From: Microcoleus sp.
GTDB taxonomy: Bacteria; Cyanobacteriota; Cyanobacteriia; Cyanobacteriales; Microcoleaceae
Direction of reading: 5' to 3'
DNA length: 64,000 bases
Assembly: GCA_052279835.1 (NCBI GenBank)
Contig: CP181291.1
Span: 1,376,001-1,440,000 of the forward strand
Each line of letters begins with the position of its first letter. Position 1 is the stretch's first letter. The notes below the pieces were generated by a model that saw only the letters and a list, made by a program, of their open reading frames with translations, did not search any database and was not told where the DNA came from. This document shows, in pieces, positions 50,612 through 61,541 of this stretch. Position numbers and translations under genes: made by a program.

Positions 50612-52075
50612 ATGGTTCAGACACCTTCGCGCCATCGTGGCAGCGAATTTCAGGCTGCTAACTCAGTACAGCCAGCCAAACGCCCAGACACTATTTTGGT
50701 GGGAAACAACCTCCCCCTGCCAAATACCAAACTGTTCGGCACAGACGGCATTCGTGGCAAAGTAGGAGAATTGCTGAATGCACCGCTAGCAATGCAAATT
50801 GGCTTCTGGGCAGGACAAGTTTTACGCCAAAATTCCCCCAACCAAGGCCCGGTGATTTTGGGCCAAGACAGCAGAAATTCCAGCGATATGCTGGCAATGG
50901 CACTGTCGGCGGGTTTGACAGCCGCTGGTTTAGAAGTCTGGAATTTGGGCCTGTGCCCTACTCCCTGCGTTGCCTATCTGGCAAGTGTTACCGAGTCGAT
51001 GGGCGGAGTGATGATTTCCGCTTCCCACAATCCCCCAGAAGATAACGGTATTAAGTTTTTCGGTGCCAATGGCACGAAGCTGTCTCAGCAGTTGCAAGAA
51101 CAAATCGAAGCGGGCATCCGAGGGGCCAAGGTTCCCATTGCTAGCTTGACTTCCGGCTATCACCACCACCGCCCAGAGTTAGTTAAAGATTATGCCACTT
51201 CCCTGGAAGGTTCACTGCAAGGAGTGAATTTGCGCGGAATGCGGATCGTGTTGGATTTGGCTTGGGGGGCCGCGGCGCGCTTGGGTGAGGCGGTGTTCGC
51301 GCAAATGGGGGCCGATGTTATCTGTTTACACAACTCTCCTGATGGCGATCGCATTAATGTTAACTGCGGTTCTACTCATCTCGACAGTTTGCAAGCTGCT
51401 GTTTTAGAACACAATGCTGATTTGGGATTTGCTTTTGATGGCGATGCCGATCGAGTTTTGGGTGTTGACAACCAAGGTCGATCGATTGATGGCGATTACA
51501 TTCTTTATCTCTGGGGCAAGAATTTGTGGCAGCGCGAACAATTGCCAGAAAATTTAATTATTTCTACTGTAATGGCTAACCTCGGCTTTGAGAGAGCTTG
51601 GGAAGAATTGGGGGGCAAATTAATTAGAACTGCGGTGGGAGATCAGCACGTTCATGCTGAAATGGAGCGCACCGGTGCGATGTTGGGCGGCGAACAGTCG
51701 GGACACATTCTTTGCCCTCATTACGGTATTGGCGGCGATGGTTTGTTAACTGCTTTGCACATGGCTTCCCTGGTGCGGGAGTCTGGGGAATCCTTGGCAC
51801 AATTGGTGGATGGCAGCTTTGAAACTTATCCCCAATTGTTGCGCAATGTCCGTGTGGACGATCGGGAAAAACGCCTGAAATGGCAGGAATGCGAGGCTTT
51901 GCAAGGAGCGATCGCCCGTGCTAAAACTGCAATGGGAGAAGAAGGACGGGTGCTCGTCCGCGCTTCTGGCACTGAACCTTTGATCCGAGTCATGGTGGAA
52001 GCTTCCAGCGCAGAATTGGCTAATTTTTGGACTGAAAATTTAGTTTTAGCAGTTCAGAAATACCACACTATTTGA
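50612..52075 (+). CDS. glmM: Phosphoglucosamine mutase
   Basis: [30 protein letters not shown] and RASGTEP; AAGGAG RBS before ATG 50612. Confidence 0.95.
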   Translation: MVQTPSRHRGSEFQAANSVQPAKRPDTILVGNNLPLPNTKLFGTDGIRGKVGELLNAPLAMQIGFWAGQVLRQNSPNQGPVILGQDSRNSSDMLAMALSAGLTAAGLEVWNLGLCPTPCVAYLASVTESMGGVMISASHNPPEDNGIKFFGANGTKLSQQLQEQIEAGIRGAKVPIASLTSGYHHHRPELVKDYATSLEGSLQGVNLRGMRIVLDLAWGAAARLGEAVFAQMGADVICLHNSPDGDRINVNCGSTHLDSLQAAVLEHNADLGFAFDGDADRVLGVDNQGRSIDGDYILYLWGKNLWQREQLPENLIISTVMANLGFERAWEELGGKLIRTAVGDQHVHAEMERTGAMLGGEQSGHILCPHYGIGGDGLLTALHMASLVRESGESLAQLVDGSFETYPQLLRNVRVDDREKRLKWQECEALQGAIARAKTAMGEEGRVLVRASGTEPLIRVMVEASSAELANFWTENLVLAVQKYHTI

Positions 52076-52202
52076 TGAAAATTGGGCATGGGGAATAGGG
52101 CATGGGGAATTGGTAATTGCTAATAATGTTCCTCTTCCCAGTGTACTTTCCCCATTTCTGATTTACATCAAATCGGTTAAATGATTCATAAAAAAACTTA
52201 AA

Positions 52203-53177
52203 ATGATGATTTCTGTTGCCATCCCCACCTACAACCGCGAGCAAAGCCTGCGAGAGACGCTGGCTGATTTGATGGGGCAAGATTATCACAGTTTTGAAGT
52301 CTTAGTAATCGATCAAACTCCCATCCATGAATCGGAAACTCAAGTTTATTTAGAACAATTGGCTAATGCTGGTAAGATTCGCTGGTTTAGGGTAAATTGG
52401 GCGAATTTGCCTGGTGCTCGTAATTATGCGGTGCGGCGCGCCGTTGGAGATATTATTTTATTTATTGATGATGATGTACAGTTACCCAAGGGTTTTTTGG
52501 CGGCTCATGCTAGCAACTATTTAGCCCAACCGGATATCGGATGTGTGGCGGGTAGGGTTTTTGACAGAATGAAATTGGGCGATTCTGGGGGTGATTTGGC
52601 GATCGAATATTTGCCACCCGAAGCGATGGATGCAGCGATTGGTTGGTATTTTATCGACTTGGTACATACTATACAGCCACAGCAAGTGCTGTCGGCTAGA
52701 GGTTGCAATATGTCATTTCGCAGGGTGGTTTTTGCCGAGTGCGGTTTGAGCTTCGATGAACGGTTTGCAGGTAGTGCGGTGCGGGAAGAGTCGGATTTTT
52801 GCTTGAGATTGCGATCGACTGGTTTTAAAATCTGGTACGATCCCAATGCTTGTTTAGTTCATTTGGGAGAAGAAAGCGGCGGGTGTCACGACATAAGTAC
52901 GCGATCGCTCGAATATCAAGTCACATTTTATCACAACCACTTCCTGATGGGATTGAAAAATTTAACAGTATTTCAATGCCTAAGATTTTTTGCCAAACTG
53001 TTTGACTGTCACGTTTTCGGCAATCCACCTTGCTATAAAAGTCGATCGCCCCTTAAAATCCTCACCAGATTTGCATTTTACATTCTCGGTTTTCTCAGCG
53101 CTATCAACACCCTAATTCAGTCGATCGCCAGAGACGGACAAATCTACACCCATCAAGATAACATCAACGCTAAATAA
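52203..53177 (+). CDS. hpsN: GT2 glycosyltransferase, hormogonium polysaccharide biosynthesis HpsN-like
   Basis: IPTYNR, FIDDD, SARGCNMSF and GSAVREESDFC; adjacent to an hpsO-like gene. Confidence 0.78.
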   Translation: MMISVAIPTYNREQSLRETLADLMGQDYHSFEVLVIDQTPIHESETQVYLEQLANAGKIRWFRVNWANLPGARNYAVRRAVGDIILFIDDDVQLPKGFLAAHASNYLAQPDIGCVAGRVFDRMKLGDSGGDLAIEYLPPEAMDAAIGWYFIDLVHTIQPQQVLSARGCNMSFRRVVFAECGLSFDERFAGSAVREESDFCLRLRSTGFKIWYDPNACLVHLGEESGGCHDISTRSLEYQVTFYHNHFLMGLKNLTVFQCLRFFAKLFDCHVFGNPPCYKSRSPLKILTRFAFYILGFLSAINTLIQSIARDGQIYTHQDNINAK

Positions 53178-53238
53178 TTGTTATTCCCAATTCCCCATCC
53201 CCAATTCCCCAATTCCCCAATTCCCCAATTCCCAATAA

Positions 53239-54417
53239 ATGAGAATCCTCGTTGCCAGCCACACCTATATTGTTGACATCAATCGGGCAAAATTCAAGAT
53301 TTTAGCAAACCTTGAACCTGCCATAGAAGTAACAGTTATAGTACCGCAACGCTGGAAACCAGGAGGCGTACAAAATAAAACCATAGAAAGTGAATTTTAT
53401 CAAGAAGGTTCATTTAAAGTAGTACCAATTTATAACTTTAGTCAAAACAATCAAGGCTTACTCACATTTGGCAAAGATTTAATTAAGGTTTTACAGCAAT
53501 TTCAACCGCAGATTATCCAAGTCGAACAAGGTTCAAAATCCCTAGCCTATGCCCAGTTAATTTTACTAAATAATTTGCTCAATCTCAAAGCAAAAAATAT
53601 CTTATTTACCTGGTGGAACTTATCCTATGAATTGAAATGGCCTATTTCCTTGTTAGAAAATTGCAATCTGCAAAACAGCGATGGAATTATTGCCGGCAAC
53701 CTAGACGGGGCTAAAATATTCCGCCAGCGGGGCTACACAGGTGCACTGCAAGTAATGCCACAACTGGGAGTAGATGAAACTTTTTTTTATCCAACTTCTA
53801 AAGATGCTGATTTATCACGAAAATTAGGGATTCAACCTACAGATTTTGTCGTAGGCTATGTAGGGCGGTTTGTCGAAGAGAAAGGATTGCTAACTTTGGC
53901 GACAGCTTTAGCAGGCTTGAAAAAATACCCTTGGAAATGGCTGTTAGTAGGGCAAGGAAAATTGCGATCGCAAATTACCGAAAAATCTCTTGAATTGGGC
54001 ATCAGCGACAAAATAATCTGGGTAGAAAGCGTTTCCCATGAAGCTGTACCCCCATACATTAACTTGATGGATTGTTTAGTATTGCCATCCCAAACAAGTT
54101 ATAAATTCAAAACTTTAACAACTGTAGGTTGGAAAGAACAATTTGGCCATGTTTTAATCGAAGCCATGGCTTGTCAAGTTCCGGTAATCGGTTCCGACTG
54201 CGGCGAAATTCCCCACGTTATCGGAGATGCAGGCTTAGTATTTCCTGAAGGAAATGTAGAAAAATTGCAAGACTGTTTGCATCAATTAATGGAGAAGCCG
54301 GAGTTGGTTGTAGATTTGGCTAAACGCGGTTACGATCGAGTCATGAAGAGTTATACAAACAAAGCTTTAGCTCAACATTTATTAGATTTTTACCAAAAGT
54401 TAGTTACCTCAGATTAA
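53239..54417 (+). CDS. hpsO: GT4 glycosyltransferase, HpsO-like
   Basis: MRILVASHTYIVD, VGRFVEEKG and WKEQFGHVLIEAMA. Confidence 0.8.
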   Translation: MRILVASHTYIVDINRAKFKILANLEPAIEVTVIVPQRWKPGGVQNKTIESEFYQEGSFKVVPIYNFSQNNQGLLTFGKDLIKVLQQFQPQIIQVEQGSKSLAYAQLILLNNLLNLKAKNILFTWWNLSYELKWPISLLENCNLQNSDGIIAGNLDGAKIFRQRGYTGALQVMPQLGVDETFFYPTSKDADLSRKLGIQPTDFVVGYVGRFVEEKGLLTLATALAGLKKYPWKWLLVGQGKLRSQITEKSLELGISDKIIWVESVSHEAVPPYINLMDCLVLPSQTSYKFKTLTTVGWKEQFGHVLIEAMACQVPVIGSDCGEIPHVIGDAGLVFPEGNVEKLQDCLHQLMEKPELVVDLAKRGYDRVMKSYTNKALAQHLLDFYQKLVTSD

Positions 54418-54445
54418 AGAATAACTAACAACTAATAACCAATAA

Positions 54446-57400
54446 CTAATGACTAATAATTGGAATTTTAATGATAAATTCAGTTCCTTTTCCGAGAGCG
54501 GAAATACAATTGATTTCACCTTGGTGTTTTTCCACAATAATTGAATGGGAAATCGCCAAACCCATCCCAGTCCCAGAACCGATCGCCTTTGTAGTATAGA
54601 ATGGGTCAAATATCCGCTGCTTGACTCTATCTGTCATCCCTACACCGTTGTCAGCAATTGCGATCGCCGCCAAATTACCTTCTACCTGTGTGCGAATGCG
54701 GATCGTTCCGGGACGTTGGCTCTGTTCTTCTACAGCATCAATCGCATTAGCTATTATATTCATAAACACCTGATTTAACAATCCGGCGTAGCAATCTACC
54801 AGCGGTAATTCTCCGTATTGTTTAATAACTTGAATTATGGGGCGCTCGGACTTAGCTTTCAGTCGGTGTTCCAAAATCATCAAAGTGCTGTCGATGCCTT
54901 CGTGCAGGTTGACACTTTTCATGTCAGATTCATCGAGACGAGAGAAATTCCGCAAGCTGCGCACAATATCCCGAATGCGAGTCGCTCCTACCTTCATCGA
55001 AGATAGCATTTTCGGCAAGTCTTCTAGCAAAAAATCTAGTTCTAAACTATCGATTTGATCCTGAATCGCTGGCGGTGGTTCAGGAAATTCCTCTCGATAC
55101 ATTTGCAGTAGTCTCATGAGATTTGTGGTGTATTCTTCTGTGTAGGTAAGATTGCCAAAAATAAAACTGATAGGGTTATTTATTTCGTGAGCAATGCCTG
55201 CTACCATCTGACCCAGACTTGACATTTTTTCCGCTTGAATGAGCTGAGTTTGAGCTTGCTGGAGTTCGTACAAAGCCCTTTCTATTTTAGTGGCTTGTTC
55301 TCGCGCAATTCGCGCTGAATCGAGACTTTGAGTGTAAAGTTCTGCTTGGTTAATCGCAATAGTTAATTGATTCCCGACTGCGACTAACAGTTCCACTTCC
55401 TCGTCACTCCAGCACCGCGCGATGCCCGAAGTAGCGCAGCAAATTAGACCAATTCGACTCGAAGGTGTCTGAATCGGAATATCCAACAAAGAATTGAATC
55501 CCATAGACAGGAAAAAATCCCGTTCTACCCCATCATTAACAGCGTCAAAATCCTCGATACGAATAATTTCCAAATTGGCAATTAGTGCCGAGTGAGAACC
55601 TGTCATCGCAGTAGGATATAAACCTAATACCGAGGGCAAATCAGGATTTTTCGCCTCGTATGTTACATTCCAAACAGGCTGTTCTGCGTCCGGCTGATAC
55701 CAAATAAATAGACATCTATCGACTTGCAGCAAATCGCGAATCTGGTGTACTGTTGTTCCTAAAATAGTATCTAAATCCAGAGAAGCACGAATTTGACTCG
55801 CTAGTTGATTCACCAGTTTTTCCTGCTCAGCTAATTTGCGGAATCTCGCTTCTGACTCTTGCAATTTTCTTTGATATTCTTTTTGTTCCGTAACATCCAA
55901 ACCCAAGCCAATTAACCCGATCGCACTGCTTGTCTCATCTTTTATTTGAGTTTTAATAACCTCTAAATGGTGTAAGTTTCCATCAGCCAGTTGCAGAATT
56001 TCTTCACAATAAAATGAAGAATCTTGACTCCACGCTTGCACGTCAGATGCCATGCAGTTAGCCGATTCCTCTACTCCCAAAACTTCGGAATAGTGAGATG
56101 CTGCCAAAAAATTTGATTCAGGAATGGCCACATCTTCACAGAAAGTTTTGTTAACTAACAACATCCGCCCGCTAGTATTCGTCATCCATACCCAGATGGG
56201 AGCATTGTCAATAATGCCCCTCAAAGTTTGCTGTTGTTTCCCTAGAGCAATTTCTGTTTGTTTGCGTTTAATTCCCAGGGCGATGGTATCGGCTATGGAT
56301 GGTAAAACAATCTGCGTTGATTCCTTCAATTGTTGGCGACAAAACATGGCAATTACTCCTACTAATTGATTTTCAACAATCAGCGGATATCCGGCAAAAG
56401 CGACCAGTCCCTCTCGCGAAGCCCATTCTTTGTCCCTGATATGGGGATCTTCTAAAACAGCATTAGTCAGGTGGGGTTTTAGCTCTTGGGCTATTAAACC
56501 AATCTTAAATTCCCCCACAGGAATGCGGCTGTAAGTACCATCTATGTTAGTATAAATCCCCCCACTTGCTTGTAGTTCTAATATATTGTCACCTGGATTT
56601 AAAGTCCAAATCCGAGCAAAAGCAGCATCCAAATGGTCTACAACTGCATCGCAGCATTTTTGCAAGGTTGCAGCCAAAGTGGGATTTTGAGTGAGAGCAA
56701 TTCCTACCTCTGCTGTGAATACCGACAGTTTTAATTGTGCTTCTAAAGATAGTTCCGCTTTTTTGCGATCGCTAATATCGGTGGAATTACCAACAATGCG
56801 ATAAATTTTCCCATATTTGTCCCGCAGCGGAGTTAAATTTGTCATCAAACACACTTCTTTACCCTCAAAATTAACGATCGCTTCGTAGGAAATTGAACTC
56901 TGTTTTTGGAGACATTCTCTCAGTTTTGTCCGAAAAAACGTTCCTCTAGCTGTTCCAAACAGTTCTTGTGGAGTTTTACCCCACGCTTCCTCACTGCTGA
57001 TTCCGCCCAGTAACTCGGCTGCTGGATTTAATCCGATGTAGCGAAACTCTCCGTCTTCCCCGACATCTACTACGAAAATGATGTAGTCCACACCGTCGTA
57101 AATGCTACGCAAAAATTCTGCTTTCTGTCGTAGTCGTTCTTCTGTGGTTTTGCGATCGCTAATAGGGCGAGTAACTCCTAGGATACCAATTATATTTCCT
57201 TCTCGGTCTCGCCAGGGACTTTTAGTTGCTAGATATGTCTCCCGGTTCCCGTGAATGTCTTCTACTACTTCTTCGACGGTTTCCTCAATACCAGATTGAA
57301 TAACTCGTCGGTCTATCTCTAAAAGTTTAGCCACTATTTCTTCGGAAAAAAAATCTGTATCTTTTTTGCCTAGAACCTCGGTTTTTGACTTGCCAAAAAA

Positions 57401-58063
57401 AGCAGCAGTTTTCGAGTTAATCGAGACATATTCACCCTGAGTATCCTTGACAAAAATCAAGTCAGCCGTGCTTTCAAATATACTTTCTAAAATAGAATTT
57501 CCTAGGGGTTGGCATCCGGTAATGTCACGGCCGACAGCATAGATTAATTCCTCTTCTCTAACAGAACTAATAGTCCAGGATATCCACTTATAAGAACCAT
57601 CTTTGCATCTATAGCGGCTTTCCCATTGCTGAGAACAATTACTGTCAGATAGAAGTGCTATTTTTTGAGAAGTAATTTCTCTGTATTCTGGATGTACAAG
57701 GTCAATAAATTGTCTGGCTAAAAGTTCGGATTCGGAATAGCCTAGTAAGTTGGTCGTTGTGGCATTAACGAGTTTAAAATAACCGTCGAAACCAATCACG
57801 CATAGCATATCTAACGAAAAGTTAAACAAGCGATTTTTGGCATTTATTTGGTTTAGCGCGCGCTTTTTTTTCGGATTCTCTGTAGGAGTTACCCTCCCTG
57901 CATCGGCCGAAAAAAACATCTTAGCTGCGGCGGACACTGCTAAAAAATGAATTGCTAGTTTACTTTGATAGAAGTTATGCAGGTTGGCTGTTATGCTAAA
58001 CAATTTTGATAATAATTGTAGAATTATCCCCATTGAAAATAGATTAGGAATGCTATTTTTCAT
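54446..58063 (-). CDS. Multi-PAS/GAF sensor histidine kinase (start uncertain, possibly 57919)
   Basis: PAS x3-GAF-PAS-GAF-HisKA (AGIAHEINNP)-HATPase (DNGVGM, GTGMGL). Confidence 0.92.
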   Translation of the reverse strand: MKNSIPNLFSMGIILQLLSKLFSITANLHNFYQSKLAIHFLAVSAAAKMFFSADAGRVTPTENPKKKRALNQINAKNRLFNFSLDMLCVIGFDGYFKLVNATTTNLLGYSESELLARQFIDLVHPEYREITSQKIALLSDSNCSQQWESRYRCKDGSYKWISWTISSVREEELIYAVGRDITGCQPLGNSILESIFESTADLIFVKDTQGEYVSINSKTAAFFGKSKTEVLGKKDTDFFSEEIVAKLLEIDRRVIQSGIEETVEEVVEDIHGNRETYLATKSPWRDREGNIIGILGVTRPISDRKTTEERLRQKAEFLRSIYDGVDYIIFVVDVGEDGEFRYIGLNPAAELLGGISSEEAWGKTPQELFGTARGTFFRTKLRECLQKQSSISYEAIVNFEGKEVCLMTNLTPLRDKYGKIYRIVGNSTDISDRKKAELSLEAQLKLSVFTAEVGIALTQNPTLAATLQKCCDAVVDHLDAAFARIWTLNPGDNILELQASGGIYTNIDGTYSRIPVGEFKIGLIAQELKPHLTNAVLEDPHIRDKEWASREGLVAFAGYPLIVENQLVGVIAMFCRQQLKESTQIVLPSIADTIALGIKRKQTEIALGKQQQTLRGIIDNAPIWVWMTNTSGRMLLVNKTFCEDVAIPESNFLAASHYSEVLGVEESANCMASDVQAWSQDSSFYCEEILQLADGNLHHLEVIKTQIKDETSSAIGLIGLGLDVTEQKEYQRKLQESEARFRKLAEQEKLVNQLASQIRASLDLDTILGTTVHQIRDLLQVDRCLFIWYQPDAEQPVWNVTYEAKNPDLPSVLGLYPTAMTGSHSALIANLEIIRIEDFDAVNDGVERDFFLSMGFNSLLDIPIQTPSSRIGLICCATSGIARCWSDEEVELLVAVGNQLTIAINQAELYTQSLDSARIAREQATKIERALYELQQAQTQLIQAEKMSSLGQMVAGIAHEINNPISFIFGNLTYTEEYTTNLMRLLQMYREEFPEPPPAIQDQIDSLELDFLLEDLPKMLSSMKVGATRIRDIVRSLRNFSRLDESDMKSVNLHEGIDSTLMILEHRLKAKSERPIIQVIKQYGELPLVDCYAGLLNQVFMNIIANAIDAVEEQSQRPGTIRIRTQVEGNLAAIAIADNGVGMTDRVKQRIFDPFYTTKAIGSGTGMGLAISHSIIVEKHQGEINCISALGKGTEFIIKIPIISH

Positions 58064-58470
58064 ACTATTACTCTAAAATTATGTTACTTATTGTGGATTG
58101 ATACCGCAATAAAAATGTTTAAATCTCGATCTAAAATTACAATTCAGCAATTACCTGTTATTTATTACCGCCTCCCAAAGCATACTTCATGTTACTGACA
58201 AAAGCTATCTATCAAAATTTAATTCCTTTTTTATAATGGCACTAACTCTAGGAGATCTGCATTAGACATTTGGCGTAATATTGGCGTAATTTTTGCCTAA
58301 TTCCTCTAATCAGTGCGATTGAATTAGATTGATTTAATGCTATTCACAAAAAATGAAGAAAAAATGAAGGTGTGGTTATGATTTATGAAGAAACAATGAA
58401 GAAGGACAATCTGAGGCTTTTATATATTAAGACTTATCACAAATCGGCTCGGCAACTCCCATGTTATAAA

Positions 58471-60516
58471 TCAGGGGTTTTGAGAATCATCGGTTGACGA
58501 GAAAGAGGAAGAAGCAGTAGCAGACAAAGCAGCCTTGCGCCCTAATTGCTGTTCCCGAATTCGCTCCAAATTTCCCGTCGGAATAGCAGCAATCAGTTGG
58601 CGGGTGTAAGCTTGCTGTGGCTGGCGGTAAATGCGCTCTGCTGTGCCAATTTCTTCGATTTTACCCTTGTTCATGACGATCGCCCGATCGCTCATAAACT
58701 TTACAACACTTAAATCATGAGAAATAAAAATATAAGTTAATCCAAACTCTGTCTGTAACTCCTTCAATAAATTTAAAACTTGGGCTTGTACCGAAACATC
58801 CAAGGCAGAAACCGACTCATCACAAATAATAAACTTAGGATTTAAAGCCAAAGCCCTAGCAATACAAATACGCTGGCGTTGACCCCCAGAAAACTCGTGG
58901 GGATAGCGCCCCATGAAATTAGGATTCAAACCAACTCTCTCTAATAAATAAGCGGCGCGATCGCGCTGTTCCTGCTGATTTTTACCAACGCTATGAATCA
59001 CCATCGGTTCCATCACCGCCGCCCCAACATTCAGCCGCGGATCGAGAGAACTAAAAGGGTCTTGAAAAATAATTTGCAAATCCCTGCGCAACCAGCGCAA
59101 CTTGCGGGCATACTCTTTCTGTATCCGATAATTAGCCATCCATCGCCATTGAGAAATATTGTAAGCAGGAGGCGTAATTTCTTGACCTTCAAAAAAAACT
59201 TGACCGCTAGAAATCGGAATTAATTGTAACAAAGCTCTAGCCAAAGTAGATTTTCCACAACCAGATTCGCCTACTAAACCCAAAGTTTCCCCTGGATAAA
59301 CCTCAAAAGAAATATCATTCACCGCCATAAACAAGCGCTTAGTTTCCCCAAATATACCAGGCACGGGGAAACCCACTTTCAAGTTATTTACAGTCAATAA
59401 AGGAGCGCCAAGATTAGGTAGCCGTGGTGCTTTTCCCGTGGCAAAAGCGGACAAGCCACCGCTGCTATCACCATCTAAATCGACATATTTTTCCACAATT
59501 ACTAACTCACCGCTAGCGTTAGTGGTGACATCCATAAAATCCGAAACTGTGGGTAAGCGGCGCAATTGCTTTTCCAGAGTTGGGCGACAAGCTAACAGAC
59601 CTTTTGTGTAAGGATGTTGGGGATTGCTAAAAATTTGTTCGATCGCCTCGCATTCCACAATTTTACCTCGATACATCACCGCCACCACATCAGCGATTTC
59701 AGCAATGACGCTCAAGTCGTGGGTAATAAAAATCATGGCCATACCTCTAGAGTCGCGCAATTCCCGCAGCAAAGCCAAGATAGTTGCTTGTACGGTGACA
59801 TCTAAGGCGGTGGTAGGTTCATCTGCAATTAATAAAGTGGGATTGCAAGAAATGGCCATTGCAATCATCACCCGCTGGATTTGGCCTCCCGATAGTTCGT
59901 GGGGATAGCGATCGAGCATAGCCTGTTTTTGAGCGTTGATGAGCTGCATCAAATCGCGGCCTCCCGTCATTCCCTCTGGCCCCTCTGGGGAGGAATCCTG
60001 CTGTCTCCTGGCCAAACATTGCTGCTTGAGTTCCCCATCATCGGGTAGTAGCTTCACCTCTTGCAGCAGAGAAGCGGCCTTGCGTCGTGCGACGATTGGA
60101 GATACCTTTTGGTGCAGACAAATCGCTTCCGTCAGTTGAAACCCGATGGTGTAAACGGGGTTGAGCGAACTCATTGGTTCTTGAAAAATGGTCGCAATTT
60201 GGCTGCCGCGGTATATTTGTTTTTCCTGGGAGTGCATTTCCAGTAGATTCACTGGCTGTTTCTGAGTGCCGTCTGTGCTTGAAGAGAACCAAATTTCCCC
60301 CGAAATTTGAGTTGATACATTGGGCAGTAAACCCATAATAGCTAGGGAAGTGACGGATTTTCCTGACCCGGATTCTCCCACGATTCCCAAGGTTTGGCCT
60401 CGCTTCACGTCAAAGGAAATGCCGTCAACTGCTTTGACTGTTGCAGGCCCATCGCCTGCATCGGCAGAGTCAAATTCAACCCGCAGGTTGCGAACTTCTA
60501 GGACGGTTTCACTCAT
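58471..60516 (-). CDS. Dual-domain ABC ATPase, peptide/nickel (Dpp/Opp D-F) type
   Basis: GESGSGKS and GESGCGKS, YPHELSGG / YPHEFSGG, and HPYT. Confidence 0.93.
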   Translation of the reverse strand: MSETVLEVRNLRVEFDSADAGDGPATVKAVDGISFDVKRGQTLGIVGESGSGKSVTSLAIMGLLPNVSTQISGEIWFSSSTDGTQKQPVNLLEMHSQEKQIYRGSQIATIFQEPMSSLNPVYTIGFQLTEAICLHQKVSPIVARRKAASLLQEVKLLPDDGELKQQCLARRQQDSSPEGPEGMTGGRDLMQLINAQKQAMLDRYPHELSGGQIQRVMIAMAISCNPTLLIADEPTTALDVTVQATILALLRELRDSRGMAMIFITHDLSVIAEIADVVAVMYRGKIVECEAIEQIFSNPQHPYTKGLLACRPTLEKQLRRLPTVSDFMDVTTNASGELVIVEKYVDLDGDSSGGLSAFATGKAPRLPNLGAPLLTVNNLKVGFPVPGIFGETKRLFMAVNDISFEVYPGETLGLVGESGCGKSTLARALLQLIPISSGQVFFEGQEITPPAYNISQWRWMANYRIQKEYARKLRWLRRDLQIIFQDPFSSLDPRLNVGAAVMEPMVIHSVGKNQQEQRDRAAYLLERVGLNPNFMGRYPHEFSGGQRQRICIARALALNPKFIICDESVSALDVSVQAQVLNLLKELQTEFGLTYIFISHDLSVVKFMSDRAIVMNKGKIEEIGTAERIYRQPQQAYTRQLIAAIPTGNLERIREQQLGRKAALSATASSSFSSTDDSQNP

Positions 60517-60645
60517 GGGTGTATGGCAAGAGTTCAGGGGATGTTAGGTGGATTGTAGCAGAATCTTAGGTTTGTTAAATCTCGATCGCAGGTTTTCGGG
60601 CCTGTTCGACAAACAAGGAATTTAGGCGATCGCCTTAACCATGTG

Positions 60646-60852
60646 TCATTTATCACTTTCATTATCGCGATCTACTTGTTCTTTCTGAGATTCCGGCGCT
60701 GGTTTTTGTTGATTTTGCGATTTTTGAGTTTTCTCTAAGGCCTCGGCGTAGGACCAAGCCATGCTTACCAAAAAAGCTTTGGCCATACCGTCCACATTGT
60801 TTAAATCCCGGTTTTCCGGCGATTCAGCTTGATCGTTGCCATCCTTGGTCAT
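60646..60852 (-). CDS. Small hypothetical protein
   Basis: 68-aa ORF with a GGAG RBS upstream; no recognised motif. Confidence 0.45.
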   Translation of the reverse strand: MTKDGNDQAESPENRDLNNVDGMAKAFLVSMAWSYAEALEKTQKSQNQQKPAPESQKEQVDRDNESDK

Positions 60853-61007
60853 ATTTTTGTCAGCTCCTGGTAAAGTTTTGCTAGGGACTTTTTGCTGCGT
60901 GCGATCGAACCAAACAACTTGTAATTTTTATTACTTTGGCTTGCTAATTATCTTTAACACTAATACCAGAACTTATCATATCATAAACTGGTTTAGCGAT
61001 CGATAAA

Positions 61008-61445
61008 TTAGAAAGAAACTTGAACTTGGCTAGTTACCCGTAGCACGGACTCCTGTTGAAAATTGTCCTTATAGGTTTTAATGATTTTCTGGATATAACG
61101 CTCTTTTTCAGGAAGATTTTCATAAATCAAAATCACTACTTTCGATTTTTCTCGAATCAGAATTCCCGAACTATTGAGAAACTGCCCATCGGCGTTTAAT
61201 ACAGTTAGTCCCTCCCGAAAGTGAGGGGTGATAACTACATTGACAAACTCTTGCCATTCTGATTCAGAAATCATCTCTCCTCCGGGTTTAGTTAAGCCAA
61301 AATATAATTCATCTTTGAGCAGAGTGGTTTGCTTGGCACTAGCATCCGCCGTTTTGGAGAGTTGAGCGCGGGTAATTGTCGGGGAAACAGTAGGCAAGAT
61401 GAACAGTAGGGAAGCTAGCAAAATAAGGTGAAATTTTTTCTTCAT
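61008..61445 (-). CDS. DUF3574 family secreted protein
   Basis: ELYFG, VITPHFREGLTV, GQF, RE.SK and FQQESVLRV. Confidence 0.85.
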   Translation of the reverse strand: MKKKFHLILLASLLFILPTVSPTITRAQLSKTADASAKQTTLLKDELYFGLTKPGGEMISESEWQEFVNVVITPHFREGLTVLNADGQFLNSSGILIREKSKVVILIYENLPEKERYIQKIIKTYKDNFQQESVLRVTSQVQVSF

Positions 61446-61541
61446 AAATCTTCATGTTTTTTTAAACTAATAGGAGTCGATCGCCCCAAAATACTCTATG
61501 GGGAACAGGCTAGATTTGAATTTAAAATCATTTGGCACAAT

